Shown: piece after piece, positions 23,760-33,325 of the stretch
How positions within the stretch are numbered: the stretch's first letter is position 1
Layout: each line of letters starts with the position of its first letter
Assembly (NCBI GenBank): GCA_965601925.1
Contig: OZ271854.1
Location: forward strand, 3,296,001-3,360,000
Direction: 5' to 3'
Length of the DNA stretch: 64,000 nucleotides
Source: Alkalispirochaeta sp.
Lineage (GTDB): Bacteria; Spirochaetota; Spirochaetia; DSM-27196; Alkalispirochaetaceae
Notes under the pieces: generated by a model
The model's database searches: none
What the model was told of the DNA's origin: nothing
What the model saw: the letters and a program-made list of their open reading frames with translations, nothing else
Translations under genes and position numbers: made by a program

Positions 23760-24564
23760 TAACGAGGCCCGACAACAGTACTTCGAACGCATAAAAGAGT
23801 ACAAACAGGTCGCTGAGGCTATCCTTCAGAGAGAAAAGGGCCTCCAGAAGATCGTGCACGGCCAATCCGCCGGTGCCGCGTACAAGTATCTTGCCCTTGC
23901 CGACGAGCGTCTCAACTTAGCTTCGTACTACCTCCTGCAAAATTCACTGTCGGTGACGCTTTTGGGAGTCAAGAACGAGGCGTTTCTCAACGACGCCCGC
24001 AAGAGCTGTTATCAGGCCGTCATCTATTTGGAGGAGGTCGTCTCGAACTATGTCGACGTGGCGTTCTCCGACTATTCGGATCTGTTGGAGGAGATCGAAG
24101 GGTTCGAAGACGAGAAACGGCACCATTTAGTCCGTAAAATCGGCCTCACCATCCAGTTGGTCGAGGACGCCTTCGGCGCCAACTCGAAGTGGCGCTGGGC
24201 TTTTGTAGAACTTGAAGGACGATACGCCGCGGTTGCGAAAAACCTGATCAACTTCAAGACGTTTGTAGCCGGCATGGACCCGACTATCGATGGATATCGG
24301 GCGCGAATGTCCCACTTCGATTTGGTACAAGAGCTCCTCTTGGTCGCTGCGGACCGTTATCGCGAGAAATACGAGTTGTCGACGCTCCGTATCGATGATT
24401 TCAAGCGTGCCCTCGCATTTCTCTCGGCGCTGCGACGTATCTATATCTTGCTCGGTGACAGCGAAAAGGCCGAGGAGATCAAGAAGAAGATGGACATCTG
24501 GAAGACCAAAATGGAAACCGACGAGAAGACCCAGGCGCGCCGGAAGAGGCGAGCGGAGGAGTAG
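23746..24564 (+). CDS. All-helical hypothetical protein (likely conserved in spirochetes)
   Basis: Long clean ORF with normal codon usage, coupled to recN. Confidence 0.75.
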   Translation: MAKISNEARQQYFERIKEYKQVAEAILQREKGLQKIVHGQSAGAAYKYLALADERLNLASYYLLQNSLSVTLLGVKNEAFLNDARKSCYQAVIYLEEVVSNYVDVAFSDYSDLLEEIEGFEDEKRHHLVRKIGLTIQLVEDAFGANSKWRWAFVELEGRYAAVAKNLINFKTFVAGMDPTIDGYRARMSHFDLVQELLLVAADRYREKYELSTLRIDDFKRALAFLSALRRIYILLGDSEKAEEIKKKMDIWKTKMETDEKTQARRKRRAEE

Positions 24565-24566
24565 CG

Positions 24567-25709
24567 GTGTGGGCCGTTGCGCGGTTTCTGTTCGCCGTCC
24601 TCATAGGTAGTATCGTCGCCGCCTTCTTGCCGCGGTCGATCGGTGGTGAAATACGATTCGTTGTACCGTGGGATCTGCGTCTGACCCCTTCCGGAGCGGC
24701 GGCCCGCGATGCGTCGGCCGCGGGCGCGTTCGACGCATTTGCCGTGGAGACGAGTACGATGCTCGTGTTGGTGGAGTCGGGGACCGGACGGGTTGTTGCG
24801 TCGGTACCGCGCGGCGAGTCGGCCACCGCTTCGGAACACGCATACATCAGTCAACCATCCTCGTCATCCAATTGGACCGTACGTGATTGGGACGGTGAAA
24901 TCATCATGATTGTTCCCAATGTGGGCCTGCCGCGCATCGAGGGTGATATGTTGCTGCAGTTCGCGCCGGACGGTTCGATAACGACGCACCATCTTTCACG
25001 GCGTTGGCGACATACGATGGGCCCAGCGAACGACCTTACGGTGTACGGCGTGCTCTCCTCGGACGCTACGGCGTTTATCGGTCGCGGTACGTTGCGGGGC
25101 GATGTCGAGGTTGCTTCCATGGTCGACCGGCGTGTCTGGAGGCACCGATTCGATTTTTCATACTTCTCCGGTGCGGTGCCGACGGTGTATAGCCTGAAGC
25201 TCGCACCGATCGTCGACCGTGCCGATCGCGACACCGACTCCCTCGTAGCCGAGATTACCGTTCTCCGCGGTCTCAATCCTCAGATGATCTCCATCGGCGC
25301 GCTCGGTATTCGAGACGAAGAGTCTTTTCGCCTCGACCGTGAGGTACCGCGCGAGATGGCCGTGCGATGGCCGACGGGAATCGTAACACTCGAAGACGGG
25401 CGCACTATCGTCGGGCTTGCAGGAGGTTTTGCGCTGATACGGCCGATCGAGGGCGAGATCGGCTTTTATCGCGTTCCCGGTGTGGTCGGAATCGACGGCG
25501 TGTTGGAAACGGCCGGCGACAAACTAGCCATGTCCTTTCCCTATACCGGGGGAACGACGATTGCCGTCGGTGACGCGCAGATTCAACGCGTGTACACCGT
25601 GGCGCTTCCCGGGCTTCGCGCACGCGCACTCGCCCGACGCCCCGACGATGCCGCGCTGTTCATAATGGAGCGTGACGACCTCCTGCTTGCCGTAGAGGTG
25701 CGACGATGA
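24567..25709 (+). CDS. Membrane-anchored beta-rich hypothetical protein (possible beta-propeller)
   Basis: N-terminal TM helix, then repeated beta-hairpin patterns. Confidence 0.6.
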   Translation: MWAVARFLFAVLIGSIVAAFLPRSIGGEIRFVVPWDLRLTPSGAAARDASAAGAFDAFAVETSTMLVLVESGTGRVVASVPRGESATASEHAYISQPSSSSNWTVRDWDGEIIMIVPNVGLPRIEGDMLLQFAPDGSITTHHLSRRWRHTMGPANDLTVYGVLSSDATAFIGRGTLRGDVEVASMVDRRVWRHRFDFSYFSGAVPTVYSLKLAPIVDRADRDTDSLVAEITVLRGLNPQMISIGALGIRDEESFRLDREVPREMAVRWPTGIVTLEDGRTIVGLAGGFALIRPIEGEIGFYRVPGVVGIDGVLETAGDKLAMSFPYTGGTTIAVGDAQIQRVYTVALPGLRARALARRPDDAALFIMERDDLLLAVEVRR

Positions 25710-26572
25710 CCTCCCGCCGATCCGGACGCCGCGGCGTCGCTGCGTGCGCACTGTTCTGGATCGTCGCAGGTTCCCTCGCTTACGGAGAGGGATGGCGCTG
25801 GCCGACCGACGATATCTCCTCAGTCGGCTCCGTCAACGAGCCGGGCCGACCGTTCGGCATCGTGATGTCAGGACCCGTAGCCCCCATCCCCGGAGCGACC
25901 GAACGTGCCGAGCAGGCGCCGCGAGCGTATCGTATCGCGGCGCCCGGCGAGGCGTTTTACCGAGACACACCGAGCGCGCGTCCCGGTCTTGCCGGGCGGA
26001 GTGTACCCGCGGCGACTGAGCGCGTAGCGGTGCGTCACGGCGAGGAGTTGTGGACGATGTATCGCGCCGCCTCCCTTTTTCTGCCCGACCGGGGAAGCTC
26101 GCTCGATCTCTTTTTCGGCGACGCCCCCCTTACACTCACCGTTTTGGATGCGATATCGATGCGCGTCGTCAACCCGCGAGCGCTTCTGCCCCTAGACGAT
26201 GCGCTTTCGACGGACGGACTCCCATGGCTCGAGTTTCGACAAGCGGGCTCAGCGGTCAGATCCGCCGACTTGTCGATTGGTCCCGCCGTTTTGGTCGTCC
26301 CCGCCGAGCGGTTGGACGCATTCAACCTGCCGGAGCACATCTACGTATTGCGGGACGGCTTGCTCGTCGACGAGGTGAACTCGATCTACCCCGATGTTCT
26401 GCGCCGCCGACTCTTATCCGACGGGAGTCTACTTATACTCGATACTGAGTTCGATGCGGGACGAACGACGATAGAGCTCGAGGCGCACCGGTTCGACGGA
26501 AGCGTTCAACGTCGTGTTTTGCGTATCAATGTGCCGGCACCTCCCATCGCGACGCCACTTGACACGCCGTAA
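25706..26572 (+). CDS. Exported protein with degenerate M23-peptidase-like domain
   Basis: Signal peptide, WRWP, FGIV, VAVRHGEELWTMY, VVNPRALLP; Zn ligands absent. Confidence 0.5.
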   Translation: MTSRRSGRRGVAACALFWIVAGSLAYGEGWRWPTDDISSVGSVNEPGRPFGIVMSGPVAPIPGATERAEQAPRAYRIAAPGEAFYRDTPSARPGLAGRSVPAATERVAVRHGEELWTMYRAASLFLPDRGSSLDLFFGDAPLTLTVLDAISMRVVNPRALLPLDDALSTDGLPWLEFRQAGSAVRSADLSIGPAVLVVPAERLDAFNLPEHIYVLRDGLLVDEVNSIYPDVLRRRLLSDGSLLILDTEFDAGRTTIELEAHRFDGSVQRRVLRINVPAPPIATPLDTP

Positions 26573-26587
26573 GCCATTTTTCACAAT
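26559..26587 (+). promoter_or_regulatory. Sigma70 promoter of DUF4912-GH57 operon
   Basis: TTGACA-N17-CACAAT. Confidence 0.65.
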
Positions 26588-26613
26588 CACATAATGTCTC
26601 TGGGGATATTCCG

Positions 26614-27318
26614 ATGATCCGTACACGTTTGGAGGAGCTTTCTTTGGAAGCGCTCCTATTGGTTGCGTCGCACAACGGCCTGGATCCCGATCCGGATGTC
26701 GACAGGGACGTTCTCGTTGATCAGCTCGTCGATCTGATCATCGAAAATCGTGAGGAACGCGAATCTGCCAACAGCGCGACCGTGCGAATCCAGCAGAAGA
26801 AGTATTCTTTGCGAGACGACGAGATTCCGATTCTTCAGAACCGTCTCGACGAGATTGAGCTTCCCGACCACTACGAGACGAACCGTATAACTCTCATGCT
26901 TCGAGACCCGGGGTGGGCCTATACCTATTGGGATCTGAGCTCCGCCAAGGCGAAAGAATACCAGGCGTCGAGTCGATTCGACGGACTGTATCTACGCGTG
27001 TTGGAGCTGGAGCCGGGCGCGGATGAGTTGCGTATTCGCGATTCCTTCGAGATACCGGTGCAGCTTACCGACTCGAGTTGGTATATCCACATTCCCAAGC
27101 AGGAGACCTCGTATCGCATTCAGCTGGTCGGACGCAACAACCATCGGCGCGAACTTTTGGCGGTATCCAATCAAGTCTACGTTCCCGTTTCAAAACTGCC
27201 CCACGCTCCCGGCGAGCTCGCGCCGATTCAAATGGCGCTCTACGAGTTGTGTGGGCTCGAATACTTGGAAGTATCACCCTTTGGCGAAGATGCGCCGGAT
27301 GCGGTGGTGAAGCGATGA
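26614..27318 (+). CDS. DUF4912 domain protein with Rho-N-like helical N-terminus
   Basis: LPDHYETNRITLMLRDPGWAYTYWD, SWYIHIP, LLAVSNQVYVP. Confidence 0.82.
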   Translation: MIRTRLEELSLEALLLVASHNGLDPDPDVDRDVLVDQLVDLIIENREERESANSATVRIQQKKYSLRDDEIPILQNRLDEIELPDHYETNRITLMLRDPGWAYTYWDLSSAKAKEYQASSRFDGLYLRVLELEPGADELRIRDSFEIPVQLTDSSWYIHIPKQETSYRIQLVGRNNHRRELLAVSNQVYVPVSKLPHAPGELAPIQMALYELCGLEYLEVSPFGEDAPDAVVKR

Positions 27319-28943
27319 CGCGCGGAAACTCGATTCTCCTCCTCCATTCCCACCTTCCGCTGGTGCGACATCCCGAGTACGAATCGTTTTTGGAGGAGCG
27401 GTGGCTCTTCGAGGCGATCAGCGAGACGTATCTGCCCCTCTTGCGCATGATGGGCCGCCTGGAAGAGGAAGAGATTCCCTTTCATTTAGCGATGTCTTTC
27501 TCACCGACGTTGTGTTTCATGCTCAAAGACGCATTCCTCATGGAGCGTTATGCGGCGTATCTGGAACGCAACTTGGAACTCGCCGAAAAGGAGATCGAAC
27601 GAACTCGATCGGATCGTCACATGCAGCGTTTGGCGACGATGTATCGCGATCGCTATGCGGCGGATCTGCACGATTTGCACGAGGTGTACGAGGGAAACTT
27701 TCTCAAAGGGTTCGATCACTTTGCGCGTCGCGGCTACATCGAGTTGCTGGCCACGGCGGCTACCCACGCATTTTTGCCGAACTATCGTCACCTCGAAGAG
27801 ACGGTACGCGTGGAGGTGGAACTCGGCGTCGAATCTCATCGCAGCGCTTTCAGCGCCTCGCCGCGCGGTTTCTGGCTTCCCCAGTGCGGCTACTACGAGG
27901 GGTTGGACGAAATCATCGCCGACGCCGGGCTTGACTACTTCGTGAGCTCAGCTCACGGCGTGCTGTTCGGTTCTCCCTCACCGAAGAACGGTACCTATGC
28001 GCCGGTGCGCACGCCGGGAGGAGTCGTCGCATTTCCTCGTGATGTGTATACCGCCACGTGGGTCTGGTCCTCCGACAAAGGGTATCCCGCCGATCCGGTC
28101 TATCGCGATTTCTACCGTGACATCGGTTACGATTTATCTCTCGACTACATCCGGCCGTATATCCACGCCGACGATATCCGCATCGACACCGGGTTCAAGT
28201 ACCACGCTATTACCGGCGCGACCGACGATAAACAGCTGTACGATATCGAGCGCGCGCAAGAGAAGACGCGCGAGCACGCACGCGACTTCTTTTATCGCCA
28301 GCGCGAGCACGTTGCGCGCCTGGCCGAGGTCGTTGCGGTAGATCCGGTTATCATGAGTCCGTTCGATACCGAGCTTTTCGGCCACTGGTGGTTCGAGGGA
28401 CCGCTCTGGTTGGAGGAGCTCTGTCGTGTCACCTATGAGGAGTCGAACACTGAGTCCCAATCGCGTTTGACGATGACGACGCCCAGCCGTTATTTGCGGG
28501 AATGCGGACCAGCCGAGGATGTTGCGCCGACGTTCTCCAGTTGGGGGAGCCGAGGATACGCCGAGGTGTGGCTCGATGGATCCAACGATTGGATCTATCG
28601 GCATATTCATCAAGCGATCGAGCGCATGGGCGAGCTCGTGGCGCGATTTCCCGACGAGTCGGGACTCAAGGAGCGGGCGCTCAACCAGGCGGCCCGTGAA
28701 GTGCTTCTCGCAATGACCTCCGACTGGCCGTTCATTATGAATGCACGGACCGTCGTGCCGTACGCGACGCGGCGTATCAAAGAGCACCTGTTGAACTTCA
28801 CGCGCGTGTACGATGCACTCTCGCAGCGCAGCATGGGCACCGAGTGGCTCACCGCATTGGAAAAGAAACACCCCGTCTTTCCTCAGCTGAACTATCGACG
28901 TATGAAACTCGCCACCACCGAGACGTTGCGGCACCTGTTGTAA
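27315..28943 (+). CDS. GH57 family branching-enzyme-like protein (DUF1957 C-terminus); nucleophile E->Q
   Basis: HSHLP, EAISETYLPL, THAFLP, GFWLPQCGY, FDTELFGHWWFEG, SSWG, SDWPF. Confidence 0.9.
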   Translation: MTRGNSILLLHSHLPLVRHPEYESFLEERWLFEAISETYLPLLRMMGRLEEEEIPFHLAMSFSPTLCFMLKDAFLMERYAAYLERNLELAEKEIERTRSDRHMQRLATMYRDRYAADLHDLHEVYEGNFLKGFDHFARRGYIELLATAATHAFLPNYRHLEETVRVEVELGVESHRSAFSASPRGFWLPQCGYYEGLDEIIADAGLDYFVSSAHGVLFGSPSPKNGTYAPVRTPGGVVAFPRDVYTATWVWSSDKGYPADPVYRDFYRDIGYDLSLDYIRPYIHADDIRIDTGFKYHAITGATDDKQLYDIERAQEKTREHARDFFYRQREHVARLAEVVAVDPVIMSPFDTELFGHWWFEGPLWLEELCRVTYEESNTESQSRLTMTTPSRYLRECGPAEDVAPTFSSWGSRGYAEVWLDGSNDWIYRHIHQAIERMGELVARFPDESGLKERALNQAAREVLLAMTSDWPFIMNARTVVPYATRRIKEHLLNFTRVYDALSQRSMGTEWLTALEKKHPVFPQLNYRRMKLATTETLRHLL

Positions 28944-29091
28944 GACTTTCGGGTACGTGCCTGCAGCCGGGAAGCACCCCTCGTTGTTCCGTCCTTTCGT
29001 AATTATCGCTCCTCGTTGATCGGTACTATCTGTTTGTATAGTGGTTGGTTCCGGTAATCCATTATTCCCCTCGGAATTCTGTCTACAAACA

Positions 29092-29119
29092 TTGACATCC
29101 CCCCGGATCGCTTTAGTAT
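29092..29119 (+). promoter_or_regulatory. dcw (mraZ) promoter
   Basis: TTGACA-N16-TAGTAT. Confidence 0.6.
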
Positions 29120-29128
29120 ATAGGTGGT

Positions 29129-29163
29129 GTGGGAAAAAGTGGGAAAAGATAGGGGAAAGTGGC
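29129..29163 (+). promoter_or_regulatory. MraZ-binding direct repeats
   Basis: GTGGG/GTGGG/ATAGG/GTGGC at exact 10-bp period (29129, 29139, 29149, 29159). Confidence 0.8.
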
Positions 29164-29172
29164 AGATAAGGG

Positions 29173-29616
29173 ATGATTACTGGGCAATACCGCAACGCAC
29201 TTGACGATAAGGGGCGCGTGCTCATTCCGAGCAAGCTCCGGTCCGAGGTGCCCGGAAACACCTTGGTAATCACCTCGGGCATCGACCGCTGTCTGTGGCT
29301 CTTTCCCCCGGAGGAGTGGAAGCACCTATCGGACAAACTGATGGAAGCTGCCTCTCCGTTTTCCCGTAAGGCGCGACTGCTACAGCGCCGTATCATCGCA
29401 CCGGCACAGGAGGTGGAGCTGGACAAAGCGGGTCGCGTTCTGATTCCCCCGAGTCTCAAGGAGACGGCGGGGTTGAAGAAAGAGTGTGTTTTACACGGCA
29501 TCAAGAAATACATCGAGATCTGGGACGTGGACGAGTACGCTGCGTATCTCAAAGAAAATGAAGACGAGTTTCAGGAGGCGGCCGAGGAACTGGGAGGGTC
29601 CGTCTCCTTCTTCTGA
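29173..29616 (+). CDS. mraZ: Transcriptional regulator MraZ
   Basis: Two DxxGR motifs (LDDKGRV, LDKAGRV), IEIW. Confidence 0.96.
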   Translation: MITGQYRNALDDKGRVLIPSKLRSEVPGNTLVITSGIDRCLWLFPPEEWKHLSDKLMEAASPFSRKARLLQRRIIAPAQEVELDKAGRVLIPPSLKETAGLKKECVLHGIKKYIEIWDVDEYAAYLKENEDEFQEAAEELGGSVSFF

Positions 29617-29618
29617 GT

Positions 29619-30548
29619 ATGGCGGCTGAGCATATTCCGGTCATGCTTGACCAAGTGGTGGAGTGCTTCGCTCCGCTTCCGGCGAATGCTCGGATATGCG
29701 ACGCAACACTTGGAGGAGGTGGGCATACGGCGCGCCTCCTGGAACTGTGTCCTTCATGCAGCGTCGTCGCGATCGACGCCGATCCGACCATGGTGCAGCG
29801 CGCCGAGGCGCGATTTGGGGGCGAACCCCGGCTCTCGATCATTCACGGCTGGTTCGACGAGGTGCTGGGCGATTTGAGTCGACTCGATCGAATCATCATG
29901 GATATCGGCGTATCGATGTTCCATTTGAGAGAGCCGGAGCGCGGTTTTTCCGTGCGCGACGACGGGCCGCTCGATATGCGACTCGATGCAGCCGGAGACG
30001 GGGAGACCGCGGAGATGCTGCTGCGGCGTTTGAATGAACGAGACCTCGCCGATGTGATCTTTCGGTACGGCGAGGAACGTTATTCGCGCCGCATCGCCCG
30101 TGCCATCGTACGCGAGCGGGGAGCCGGTATTGCGACGACCGAACGCCTGGCGGAAATCGTGCGACGCGCGGTGCCGCCTGAGTATCGCCGGGGACGCAAT
30201 CACCCGGCGACGAGAACGTTCCAGGCGTTACGCATCGTCGTTAACGACGAGTTGGGGCGGCTGGAGCGTGCGCTCCCGCGGGCGGCTCGTGCGTTGGCTC
30301 CCGGGGGGAGGTTGGCGGTGATCAGTTTCCACTCTCTCGAGGACCGGATCGTAAAACACACGTTTCGTCGACTGGCAGGACGCTCTACCGGCGACGAGGA
30401 TCGGCCGATGTATGAAGATACGGGGCGTTTTCGCGTCGTGACGCGTAAACCCCTATTGCCGAGCGAGTCGGAAGTTCGGTTAAATCCGCCCTCGAGAAGT
30501 GCCAAGATGCGCGTGCTCGAGCGAGACGAAGGAGAGTTGGGGCGATGA
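29619..30548 (+). CDS. rsmH: 16S rRNA m4C1402 methyltransferase
   Basis: HIPVM, DATLGGGGH, DIGVS, PLDMR, FQALRI, SFHSLEDR. Confidence 0.96.
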   Translation: MAAEHIPVMLDQVVECFAPLPANARICDATLGGGGHTARLLELCPSCSVVAIDADPTMVQRAEARFGGEPRLSIIHGWFDEVLGDLSRLDRIIMDIGVSMFHLREPERGFSVRDDGPLDMRLDAAGDGETAEMLLRRLNERDLADVIFRYGEERYSRRIARAIVRERGAGIATTERLAEIVRRAVPPEYRRGRNHPATRTFQALRIVVNDELGRLERALPRAARALAPGGRLAVISFHSLEDRIVKHTFRRLAGRSTGDEDRPMYEDTGRFRVVTRKPLLPSESEVRLNPPSRSAKMRVLERDEGELGR

Positions 30549-30841
30549 ATGTGACGATACGCAAGATTATTCTCTACACCTTGGTGCTCATCGTGCCCCT
30601 TCTTTTCGTCGGTAACGTTCGGCAATCCTTTCGTTTCGTGCAGCTGGAACGCGAGATGGAGCGAATGCACGCGGAGCACATACGAGTGCTCGAGGAGAAT
30701 AAGCGATTGGTCGTCGGTATATCCAGTTTGCGCTCGCCGTCGCGCATAAGAGCCATCGCCGAGAACGATCTCGGTCTCGAGGCCGTGTCGGCGGGGCGAG
30801 TCAGGCGGATCGAGCTCAACGGAGGGTTGCGTGGCCAGTAA
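30545..30841 (+). CDS. ftsL: Cell division protein FtsL
   Basis: TM plus coiled coil, SPSRIRAIA; position after rsmH. Confidence 0.85.
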   Translation: MNVTIRKIILYTLVLIVPLLFVGNVRQSFRFVQLEREMERMHAEHIRVLEENKRLVVGISSLRSPSRIRAIAENDLGLEAVSAGRVRRIELNGGLRGQ

Positions 30842-32252
30842 CCTTCTACCGTCGATTGCGGAACTCGGCGAAATTCTCGGCGCCCAAGAGCTTGCCCATA
30901 CGAGTCGGTCCGACAACGACGACTCCGGCGCGAGCCCGGCCGGCGTCTGTATCGATTCTCGACAGTGCCGTAACGGTGATCTCTTCTTTGCTCTTTCCGG
31001 AGAGCATACCGACGGCCATCGATTCGTCTCGGCGGCCGCCCGGTCCGGCGCGGTCGCCGCCGTCGTGCGCGATCGAGTGAGTCCCGACGGAACGCCGTGG
31101 CCGCTGCCGGCGCTTCTCGTCGCGGACGCTTTGGATGCTCTGCAGCGCCTCGCCCGGTGGTACGTAGAGCGATACCTCAGCCGTTCGACGACCCGAATCG
31201 GGATTACCGGGAGTAACGGAAAAACCACGACAAAGGAGATGCTCGCGACGATCCTCAAGAGTGTCGATTCGTGCTTCGCGAGCGTCGGTAATCTCAACTC
31301 CGAAACGGGGCTGCCCCTCTCGGTCCTTGCGACACCGCCGGACGTACGATACGCCGTCTACGAAATGGCCATGAGCAATCCCGGAGAGATGGCGCGTCTC
31401 GCACGCATCGTACGCCCTCACTATGCACTCATTACCAATATCGGGACCGCCCACATAGGACTGCTCGGCAGTCGCCGGGCCATCGCGGAAGAAAAAAAGC
31501 GGATCGCTTCTCAGTTCGACGGCCGTCAGGTGCTCATTCTCCCCGAGGACGATGACTTTCGGTCCTTTCTTGCCGACGGCGTTGCGGGGCGTATCGTCGA
31601 TTTCGGTCCGCGCACGCAACACGCGACGGTTGTCCATTCTGCGGACGATCCGACGACGAGAATACGGTTCGAGTCCGGTGAGACGGTCGATGTGCCCTTT
31701 CCCGGAGAACACAACGGTCTGAACGCCCTTGCGGCTTTGGCGGCGGCCGGTGAGTTGGGAGTGGATCGACCGCGCGCCGCCTCGGCACTCGCCGCGTCAA
31801 CGCTCCCGGACGGTAGGAGTCAGCTTCTATCGGCCGAGCGAGGTCGGCGCGTTCTCAACGACTCCTACAACGCCAACCCCGATTCGATGGCGGCGGCGAT
31901 CGGTCTTGCCCGTAGCGCCGGTGCGACCGTCCTTATTCTCGGAGATATGTATGAACTCGGGGCGTTTTCGGCCGAGGGACATCGGGTGGTATTGGACGCC
32001 GCCGTCGGTTCGGGGGCGCGCGTCGTATGCCTTGTTGGGCCGTGCTTTACCCGCGTGGCGGTCGAGGCCGGCATCACGGGAAGGAACGGCGCCGCACCTG
32101 CAGTCGTGACGGCCGCTACGGTCGAGGAAGCGGAGGAGACGCTCAAAGACGTTCTCCGAGATAATGAACTCATTTTGGTTAAGGGAAGTCGTGCACTCGC
32201 GCTCGAGCGACTACTACCCGCTCTGGGCGTAGGGGAGGACGACGGTGCTTAA
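30831..32252 (+). CDS. murF: UDP-MurNAc-tripeptide--D-Ala-D-Ala ligase
   Basis: DSR, DGH, GITGSNGKTTTKE, NDSYNANP, GDMYELG, KGSR. Confidence 0.95.
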   Translation: MASNLLPSIAELGEILGAQELAHTSRSDNDDSGASPAGVCIDSRQCRNGDLFFALSGEHTDGHRFVSAAARSGAVAAVVRDRVSPDGTPWPLPALLVADALDALQRLARWYVERYLSRSTTRIGITGSNGKTTTKEMLATILKSVDSCFASVGNLNSETGLPLSVLATPPDVRYAVYEMAMSNPGEMARLARIVRPHYALITNIGTAHIGLLGSRRAIAEEKKRIASQFDGRQVLILPEDDDFRSFLADGVAGRIVDFGPRTQHATVVHSADDPTTRIRFESGETVDVPFPGEHNGLNALAALAAAGELGVDRPRAASALAASTLPDGRSQLLSAERGRRVLNDSYNANPDSMAAAIGLARSAGATVLILGDMYELGAFSAEGHRVVLDAAVGSGARVVCLVGPCFTRVAVEAGITGRNGAAPAVVTAATVEEAEETLKDVLRDNELILVKGSRALALERLLPALGVGEDDGA

Positions 32253-33324
32253 GGAGTTTCTCTTTCCCCTGACGAATATCTTTACGCCGTTCAATGTCTT
32301 TCAGTACATCACGTTTCGCGGGGCGTACGCCGCGGTTACCTCGCTTCTGATCACGTTCATCTTCGGGCCGTGGACGATCTCGATGCTGCGGAAACTGCGT
32401 TTCGGAGAGGAGATTCGCGGCGACGGACCGGAGACGCATCTGGCGAAGTCGGGGACGCCCACGATGGGTGGTGTGCTCATTATTTTGTCCATCGTCGTGT
32501 CGGGAGTGTTATGGCTCGATATCGGCGTGGCGTACACGTGGATCGGCCTGCTCGCAGTCGTCGGCTTCGGTTCGATCGGTATCGTCGACGATCTGCGCAA
32601 AATCAGAAAGAAAGACAAGGGCGGGTTGAGCGGTTGGTACAAGATCGTAGGGCAGATGGCGGTCGCAACGGTGATCGTCTTGCTGCTCTACGTGCACGGG
32701 AACGAACACGTGACGCTGCTCTATCTACCTTTTTTGAAGAACGCGGTCGCCGATCTCGGCCTCTGGTATATCCCTTTCGCGGTGATCCTGATGGTCGGGA
32801 CGTCCAACGCGGTGAACCTTACCGACGGACTGGACGGCCTCGCGACGGGGCTGGTTCTCATGGTGGGGCTGACCTTTGCGGTGCTCTCCTACGTCACCGG
32901 GCGGGTCGACTACTCCGCGTACCTCCAGATTCCCTATCTGCCCGGGGGCGGTGAGTTGGCTATCCTGAGTCTGGCGGTCGTCGGTGCATGCGTCGGTTTT
33001 TTATGGTTCAACGGTCATCCTGCGGAGATCATGATGGGTGACACAGGAAGTCTCTCCCTCGGCGGTATCATCGGTGCGCTGGCGGTCATGACGAAGAAAG
33101 AGGTGTTGCTCGTGATCATCGGCGGCGTGTTCGTGCTGGAGGCCGTCTCGGTGATCATGCAGGTCGCATCGTTCAAGTTTACGGGAAAACGGGTGTTTCG
33201 GATGGCGCCGATTCACCACCACTTCGAACTCTTGGGATGGCCGGAGAGCAAGGTAGTTCTCCGGTTATGGATCCTGGGAGGGCTCTTTGCGATTTTGAGC
33301 CTCTCGACCCTGAAGATTCGGTAG
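32245..33324 (+). CDS. mraY: Phospho-N-acetylmuramoyl-pentapeptide transferase
   Basis: GTPTMGG, NAVNLTDGLDGL, MGDTGS, APIHHHFE. Confidence 0.97.
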   Translation: MLKEFLFPLTNIFTPFNVFQYITFRGAYAAVTSLLITFIFGPWTISMLRKLRFGEEIRGDGPETHLAKSGTPTMGGVLIILSIVVSGVLWLDIGVAYTWIGLLAVVGFGSIGIVDDLRKIRKKDKGGLSGWYKIVGQMAVATVIVLLLYVHGNEHVTLLYLPFLKNAVADLGLWYIPFAVILMVGTSNAVNLTDGLDGLATGLVLMVGLTFAVLSYVTGRVDYSAYLQIPYLPGGGELAILSLAVVGACVGFLWFNGHPAEIMMGDTGSLSLGGIIGALAVMTKKEVLLVIIGGVFVLEAVSVIMQVASFKFTGKRVFRMAPIHHHFELLGWPESKVVLRLWILGGLFAILSLSTLKIR

Positions 33325-33325
33325 T

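Noticed and set aside
29030..29091. Inverted repeat TGTTTGTA/TACAAACA abutting the mraZ -35, considered as 6S RNA or sRNA
   Set aside because: Too short and imperfect for 6S; no supporting promoter or terminator; may be chance
28134..29552. 472-aa minus-strand ORF
   Set aside because: Overlaps GH57 and mraZ in antisense; no recognisable motifs
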